A stretch of DNA of 57,461 bases, taken from positions 1-57,461 of the IMG/VR virus record IMGVR_UViG_3300036987_000087. One strand, 5' to 3'. The stretch comes from a virus (lineage: Duplodnaviria; Caudoviricetes). Below the pieces are notes generated by a model. That model ran no database searches and was not told where the DNA came from. It worked only from the letters and a program-made list of their open reading frames with translations. Numbering within the stretch: the first letter of the stretch is position 1; every line of letters begins with the position of its first letter. Below, piece by piece: positions 54,515-57,461 of this stretch. The position numbers were made by a program, and so were the translations under genes.

Positions 54515-55435
54515 ATGGCCAAATCTGTGGTGCCATCCGTGCCCGCGCATCTCGAAGTCATGCGTGGGTGGCTCGGAACAAAGGAGATCAAGGGGCCGAG
54601 GGCGAACCCGATCATCGCCGGGACGCCGCAGAGCTGGTCGGCGCTTGTCGATCGTCCCGACGTCACGAGCGACGAGGTGGCCAACTGCGCCATGGCCGGC
54701 GGGGCCGCTCTGGTTGCGGCTGAGTTCTTCAAGGCCGAATACGAACTGAAGGATTTGATCAAGGGCGGCCCGAGCGCACTCACCATCCTGGCCCAGCAGG
54801 GAATTTTTGTCCCGCTGCCGCCGAAGGATCAGCGCCTTCTCGCGCAGTCCTACAATAGCTATGGCACCGATGCCCGAAAGAACCCGCAGCCGGGTGACAT
54901 TATGATCCTGCCCCGCGGCGACGTGCGCTGGCAGGGCCATTTCGTTTTCCTCGACACCTACCTCGGCAACGGCCGCTGGCGCTGCATCGGAGCCAACCAG
55001 TCGGACACCACCAGCTATGCCGAGCACCACGTCTCGGAGGCCATGGCGATCCGCCGTTATGTCCCGCCGACGATCAAGGATCTGCGCGCCGCCGGAAGCC
55101 AGGCCATCGCCCGTGGTGACCAGCAGGAGGCCGCCGGCGCCGCCTTGGCCGTAGGCGTTCCCGCCGTGACCGTCGCCGCCAAGGTGGTAGAGGCGAGCGC
55201 GTCGCAGCCAGCCGTGGACGCTGCCGCCAACCTTCCGCAACTCGCTGAGCAGACGGGCGTCCTGCACACGCTGACCACAACCGGTGTCGCCATGGGCAAC
55301 CTCGTCCTGCAGAGCCCGTGGCTCGTCGGCTGCGTCGGTGCCGGCATTCTCGTCTGGTACCTCGGCCGCACCGGGAAGCTTCGCCGCCTCGCCTCGCACA
55401 TCGCAGGCGCTCCGCTCTCTACGCAGACTTCATAA
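54515..55435 (+). CDS. Endolysin candidate (TIGR02594-like NlpC/P60) with C-terminal hydrophobic helices
   Basis: LGTKEIKG...NP.I...DEVANCA...PGDI...WQGHFVF...IGANQSD. Confidence 0.75.
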   Translation: MAKSVVPSVPAHLEVMRGWLGTKEIKGPRANPIIAGTPQSWSALVDRPDVTSDEVANCAMAGGAALVAAEFFKAEYELKDLIKGGPSALTILAQQGIFVPLPPKDQRLLAQSYNSYGTDARKNPQPGDIMILPRGDVRWQGHFVFLDTYLGNGRWRCIGANQSDTTSYAEHHVSEAMAIRRYVPPTIKDLRAAGSQAIARGDQQEAAGAALAVGVPAVTVAAKVVEASASQPAVDAAANLPQLAEQTGVLHTLTTTGVAMGNLVLQSPWLVGCVGAGILVWYLGRTGKLRRLASHIAGAPLSTQTS

Positions 55436-55445
55436 GGGGGATCAC

Positions 55446-55775
55446 ATGCAATTCTGGATCACAGTTGCGCTGATGGGGTGGGCCGTTCTCGGCCCGTTCG
55501 TCGGCGGGGGTATTGCCGAAGTCAGGTCGCGTCTCATCGACATTCCGAACGCCCGCGCTGCCGCCGCGCGCGAGGCAGCCGCCGACGAGCACAAGCGCGG
55601 CACTGCGGCCTGCGACGCGCGCGTCGAGGGTATCCGTCAGCAGATCGCAGCTGCCAGCGAGGAGGCACGCAAGCTCTCGGAGGATGCGGCGAACACCATC
55701 GGGCCGACGCCTGCCGAGAAAACCGCGCTGCAGAGCGTCTGCAACGCTTCAACGAGCTGCCGCGACCGCAAATAG
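55446..55775 (+). CDS. i-spanin (Rz-like)
   Basis: N-terminal TM plus Ala-rich coiled coil, after the endolysin. Confidence 0.7.
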   Translation: MQFWITVALMGWAVLGPFVGGGIAEVRSRLIDIPNARAAAAREAAADEHKRGTAACDARVEGIRQQIAAASEEARKLSEDAANTIGPTPAEKTALQSVCNASTSCRDRK

Positions 55776-55785
55776 GGGACATGCC

Positions 55786-56022
55786 ATGAAGACGATCATC
55801 GCCATTGCCGCTGCTCTCACCCTCTCTGGGTGCGCAGCCGGGGACAAACTCGAATTGCCGAAGTGGGACTTCGCTCCGGTGAGCTTCGAGCAGGACAACA
55901 CGTGCGCCACGATGCGCAAGGTGTCGTGGAGCGTCAACGATACTCCCGAGACGATCCAGAGCGCTCGCAAGCACAACGCGCGCTTCGACCGCCTCTGTGG
56001 AAAGTCTAAGCCCGTAGCGTAG
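55786..56022 (+). CDS. o-spanin (Rz1-like lipoprotein)
   Basis: Lipobox LSGC; DTPET...HNA. Confidence 0.75.
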   Translation: MKTIIAIAAALTLSGCAAGDKLELPKWDFAPVSFEQDNTCATMRKVSWSVNDTPETIQSARKHNARFDRLCGKSKPVA

Positions 56023-56061
56023 GCGTCATCACCCAACGCACCCGAGGTAGGGCCATGAGCC

Positions 56062-56400
56062 ATGCGCTACGAAGACCGCCCGATGAATGGGCACCATCAG
56101 CCGAACTGGGATCTGTTCGGTATCCTGCTGGGGCTCCAAGGCTCGGTGAGCCGGGTCGAATCCGCCCTGGAACGGACGCACGAACAGGTGACGGCGGGCC
56201 TGGACCGGGCGAACGAGCGGATCGATACCGTCCACGAGAGGATCGACGCTCATCTGGCGACACCGAAGCCAGAGCGGCGCGGGTGGCTACAATCATTGGG
56301 CCTCAGCCCGAAGGAATTGGCCGGCCTGCTGCTGCTGGTGGGAATGGGCCTGTTCGGAACCCTAACCCCGGAGCACGTCACGGCGTGGCTGAGCCGCTGA
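56062..56400 (+). CDS. Membrane protein, holin/antiholin candidate
   Basis: Coiled coil plus C-terminal TM, in the lysis module. Confidence 0.5.
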   Translation: MRYEDRPMNGHHQPNWDLFGILLGLQGSVSRVESALERTHEQVTAGLDRANERIDTVHERIDAHLATPKPERRGWLQSLGLSPKELAGLLLLVGMGLFGTLTPEHVTAWLSR

Positions 56401-56560
56401 CGCCATGGATCATACGAGCCGTCTGCCTCGCGGTGTTCGTCTGCGGGGTGGTCACCGTCAAGGAGCATTGGCCGAACCCCCGCCTTAGGTTCGCGCCTCC
56501 GAATGCCGTGGCCGACTAGATTAGGTCTCCCGCAACCCTGCATCGTCGGCCGTTTGGCAG

Positions 56561-56602
56561 AGCCGCCCTATCCCTTACCCCGGGGATGGGGCGGCTTTTT
56601 TT
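56561..56602 (+). terminator. Late operon terminator
   Basis: AGCCGCCCTATCCC...GGGATGGGGCGGCT followed by a T run. Confidence 0.85.
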
Positions 56603-56606
56603 GCGT

Positions 56607-57191
56607 CTAAGCCCCCACCAGCCGCAGAGCGTCGTCACGGGCGCGGTTTAGCTCTGCCATAGCCGCAGTCGATCCACCCGTGTCTGGGTGGGCCTCGCGC
56701 ACCTTTGACCTGTACGCCCTCTGCACGGCCTCCTCCGAGGCCCCTGGCGACAATCCCAGGACTTGCCAGCACGAGGTCGGCGCCGGAAGCGCCTCGAACG
56801 CCTGAAACGCTCGCTCCATCATCTCCGACGCGCCCCAGCGTTCAACGCCGCGGATTGCATCGATGGTCTTCTCGATCGCCCGGATGTTGTCAGCAACCTT
56901 GTTCCAGCGGTCGCACGCGAACACCATCTGCTTGCTGCGGCGCAGGAAGTAAACGGCGACGCCGCGGTCAGTCGGCTGCGGCTGCCCGGCATACGGCAGG
57001 CCGTCCCGGCGAAGCGGGATGTTCGACGACAGGACGATGTGTGTTCCGCCGAGCCTTTTGATCTCGGCAAACAGTCCGTCTCTCGCCGCCGTGAAGTTGG
57101 CATCAAAGCGGGCCGACTGCGGAGCGCGCGAACGCGGCCAGCCAGCCGGCCAGTGCAGGGGGTACGCCTCTGCTCCCTCGACCTTGTTCAT
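56607..57191 (-). CDS. Phage J-domain protein
   Basis: AYPLHWPAGWPR...GVAVYF...CDRW...; C-terminal WQVLGL...AYR...HPDTGGS...LNRA. Confidence 0.9.
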   Translation of the reverse strand: MNKVEGAEAYPLHWPAGWPRSRAPQSARFDANFTAARDGLFAEIKRLGGTHIVLSSNIPLRRDGLPYAGQPQPTDRGVAVYFLRRSKQMVFACDRWNKVADNIRAIEKTIDAIRGVERWGASEMMERAFQAFEALPAPTSCWQVLGLSPGASEEAVQRAYRSKVREAHPDTGGSTAAMAELNRARDDALRLVGA

Positions 57192-57222
57192 AGTTGTATC
57201 TCCGGTGCGCGTCCGGGGTACG

Positions 57223-57290
57223 CCCCCACTCTTCCCCCACGCTCGCTAAAATGTTCACAACACGTTCCGACACGTTCCAGCACGTAGGCC
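57223..57290. repeat. att-arm repeats
   Basis: cccccactcttcccccac plus 10-bp periodic cacgttccga/cacgttccag/cacgtaggcc. Confidence 0.55.
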
Positions 57291-57334
57291 GGGACGTGTC
57301 AGAGTGAAATGCGCCGGATTTTAAAGGAAAACTC

Positions 57335-57411
<77 letters not shown>

Positions 57412-57461
57412 TTGAGGCGGCTTGATACCCCATTCGTCCCGTCCGGGCAATTGACCCTCTC

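Overview
The window is one apparently complete temperate siphovirus-like prophage of about 57 kb (431..57386). It is integrated at a tRNA-Arg(CCG) gene and bounded by a 52-bp direct repeat. The host is probably a high-GC alphaproteobacterium (inferred from gene style). The layout is lambdoid: integrase/xis, a leftward early operon (C5-MTase, HD hydrolase, beta-clamp, RecT-like, HNH), CI/Cro switch, replication genes (initiator with iterons, SF2 helicase, primase), two accessory islands, terminase-portal-head-tail genes, an O-acyltransferase moron, lysis genes and a J-domain gene. Most unusual signals: (1) a C5 methyltransferase whose motifs are interleaved between two fully overlapping frames, with catalytic motif IV (PCQ) in the alternative frame; (2) two paralogous wHTH genes, one soluble and one membrane-anchored, each carrying a dense intragenic array of the same CGAAS/STTCG pentamer; (3) a type II hammerhead ribozyme in the operon feeding the membrane-anchored wHTH; (4) five double-hairpin elements (CTCAAC...GTCAMCMC) at gene ends in the early operon, two pairs of which bracket genes as inverted repeats; (5) an array of small genes joined by a repeated AAGGCCCGAGCC motif, divergent from a degenerate resolvase fused to a GIY-YIG domain. 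All calls come from reading the sequence by eye; no searches were run.
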